A DNA stretch of 64,000 nt, taken from Spirogloea muscicola. Lineage: Eukaryota. Positions 61,780 to 64,000 of the stretch are shown here, piece by piece. Position 1 is the first letter of the stretch, and each line of letters starts with the position of its first letter. Both the position numbers and the translations under genes were made by a program. The DNA lies in the NCBI GenBank assembly GCA_009602725.1, contig WELB01000003.1:1345710-1409709 (forward strand), written 5' to 3'. The notes beneath the pieces were generated by a model. That model saw only the letters and a program-made list of their open reading frames with translations. It had not been told where the DNA came from and did no database searches.

Positions 61780-63745
61780 ACGCTCTGGCAGCTTCCACAT
61801 AAAGCACACGGCGACTCAAGTGGCCACTGGGTTCCCTGTTGAGCAGCCGCAGGTCAACCAGTCTCATTTCTGTTTCTGGGCTGGCCAGACACAGCCATCG
61901 CCCTCTACTGGAAGAGTCCTTACTTATTGGCCGAGTAGCGGGTCCTTGTCGGCCCTCTGGACCTTGTGCAATCTTCTGGGCTGGCCATTCACCGCCCCCG
62001 TCCCCTTTGGAAGAGCTCCCTTCCTCGCGGCTCATCACTCACTCGTAGTTACTGACTGGTCCATCCTACCGGCCAAGCTCTGGTACAGCGCTTTTGGCCC
62101 CTTCGGACCTTGTCACATCTTTTCGGGCTGGCTGTTCACAGCCTTTGCCCACTTTGGGAGAGCCACAGTCTTTCCTTCTGTCTACAGCCAGAGGCTGCAG
62201 CAAAGAAGCCGTTTCCCATTTGCCCTGCGGCTTCTTGACCCGGGGGCTCACTTGACGGTGGGCTTATGACGGAGGCCCAATGGGCTGTAGACGGCACCTT
62301 CGATTGCCCTTCTAACCCTCGTCAGCGATGGAGCCCCGTCAGAGTGGGCCCCACGCGCGCCCCCTACACGCCGGCGAATGCCACTTGGCAGCAGGCCGGG
62401 CCACCGCAGTCGCCGCCAGTCAACTCCCGCGGCGGGCACGGAAGCTGCACAGCTTTTGTGGTGTCCTGATCTGCGGCTGCTCACTAGGGACATTGAGAGC
62501 ATCGGTAGCCACTTGAGCTGTGTAGCTGTGTGCTTCAGTGCTTTGCTGGCCCTTTTGTTCATCATCTTTATATGGGCTGGCCAATCACAGCCATCGCCCT
62601 CTACTGGAAAGTACTTCTCTCATTGCCTTACATTAACAACCCATTCTGACACCCGTTCTGACATAAGCGCTTTTAGGCTCCTCCGTCAATTGGCCCCTTC
62701 GAACCTTTGTCTATTCGTTTCGGGCTGGCTTTTCACAGCCCTTGTCTCCGGCCTTTTCAGATTCGTGGGCTAGCAACTCACAGCCTTTGCCACATTGCAT
62801 GGGCTGCTCCTTTTGCCGGAAGATAGCACTGGCTTGAATTGGCCACCCTCGTCATTCCATGCGCACCACGCGCCTCCTCTCTTTTCTTGGGGGCTGCCCT
62901 CTTACAGCCCCCATTAGCCGAGCCACTTTCTCTTTACAGCCGTCACCTTGCTTCGCAAAGCTATTTGTCTTCACTTTGCCCGCTGCGTGAAGAAAGGGCT
63001 CGCCCATTGAGGATAGGGGCTGGACAAGCCAGCCCAAAAAAGAAAGAACAAAGAACGAGAAGGGGGCCAGAGGAAGCCAGAGGAAGCGCTAAGAAACCAA
63101 AGCACACAAAGAAAGAAAGCAGCTACAAATTACTCAGTAACCCCCTGCTAAGCAGCCGCAAATCAGAGAGGCTAGGGTCCTGGAAGTGGGTCCCCTGGAC
63201 AGAGCCAGAGGCAGCAGCGAGGGCTCTCCCGGCACGAAGGTGCAGCGCACGGGCCATGGACCCTACTGGATGCTGCGTGGGGGGGGACCTCGGCGGGGCG
63301 CTCCCGCCTGTGCCGCGTGGCATCTCCCTATACGCCATGCTGATTCCGCCGTCTGGAGTGGGCCGCACGCCCGCGATTGTGGTTGGCCGCCGGTCCCGCC
63401 GAGCCGGTCAAAGGCCCGGTCCTCTGCCGTGCCCGCGCAGCCTCCCCTCCTCCTCGTCCTGTATCCCTTCCTGTTCCCCCTATTCTCAATGGGCGAGCAC
63501 TTTCTTCTTCCTGTGCCGCGCCCCTCCAGCCCGCCTGGCGCTGCAGAGGACTGGCAGGGGGCCCCACTTCCAGGAGCCCAGCATCTCTGATCTGCGGCTG
63601 CTTAGCAGGGGTTACTGAGTGTCTCGTAGCAGCTTTGTTTCTGTTACTTAGCGCTTCCCCTGGCCCCCTTCTCGTACTCTGTTCATTCTTTTTCGGGCTG
63701 GTTGTTCCAGCCCCTATTCTCAATGGGCGAGCACTTTCTTCTTCT
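61780..63745. repeat. Mosaic block of the modular dispersed repeat family, including an inverted pair 62989-63198 / 63556-63745
   Basis: Same modules as the other blocks, with near-identical matches to 36465-36653, 31339-31489 and 38380-38545. Confidence 0.88.
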
Positions 63746-64000
63746 GTGGGCCTCGCCGAGGACCGCCCCGCCGAGATCCTCGTCAAGCAGGCCCGTCGTC
63801 AAACGGGCGGCTCGTCAAAAGACAGAAGCGTCCCCTGACGCTGGACTCGCGGCATTGTGGACTCGGCGCGCCCGTGCACGGGGGGGGGCGAGGCCCACAG
63901 AGGAGGGCGGTAGCCCTCCCGACTGGAAGCTTCCGCGGCAACGCGCCCGGGGGAGAGAGGGGGAGGAGCGGGGGGGGAGAGGAAAGAGAAAGCGGCTGCT

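Overview
Eukaryotic nuclear DNA: GC-rich, intron-rich genes with GT-AG introns, four N-gaps and one Illumina adapter remnant. The gene content (ABCI12-like ECF-T, AP2/ERF, NCX/MHX exchanger, plant-type EYA, bryophyte-like 5S rRNA, plant-type U12 snRNA) suggests a streptophyte, probably a charophyte alga; this is inference. Eleven spliced protein genes were recognised by manual motif reading: Ppx/GppA phosphatase (+), ITPK (+), SNAPC3/SRD2 (-), NCX/MHX-family exchanger (+, 5' end in a gap), ECF-T/ABCI12 (-), F-box protein (+, 5' end in a gap), AP2/ERF (-), RAD50 (-), ETF beta (+) and two divergently oriented EYA paralogues. Features invisible in the ORF track: an apparently complete U12 snRNA gene with a USE+TATA promoter, head-to-head with ETFB; a solitary 5S rRNA copy beside a mitochondrial cob fragment and an RLE-type non-LTR retrotransposon remnant; back-to-back related Ty3/gypsy integrase remnants; and an unclassified modular dispersed repeat family in most intergenic spaces. 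The most unusual protein-level candidate is the exchanger, which has an NCX-like alpha-1 motif and a C2-like segment in its cytosolic loop. All exon boundaries were read by eye and are approximate. No database search was run.
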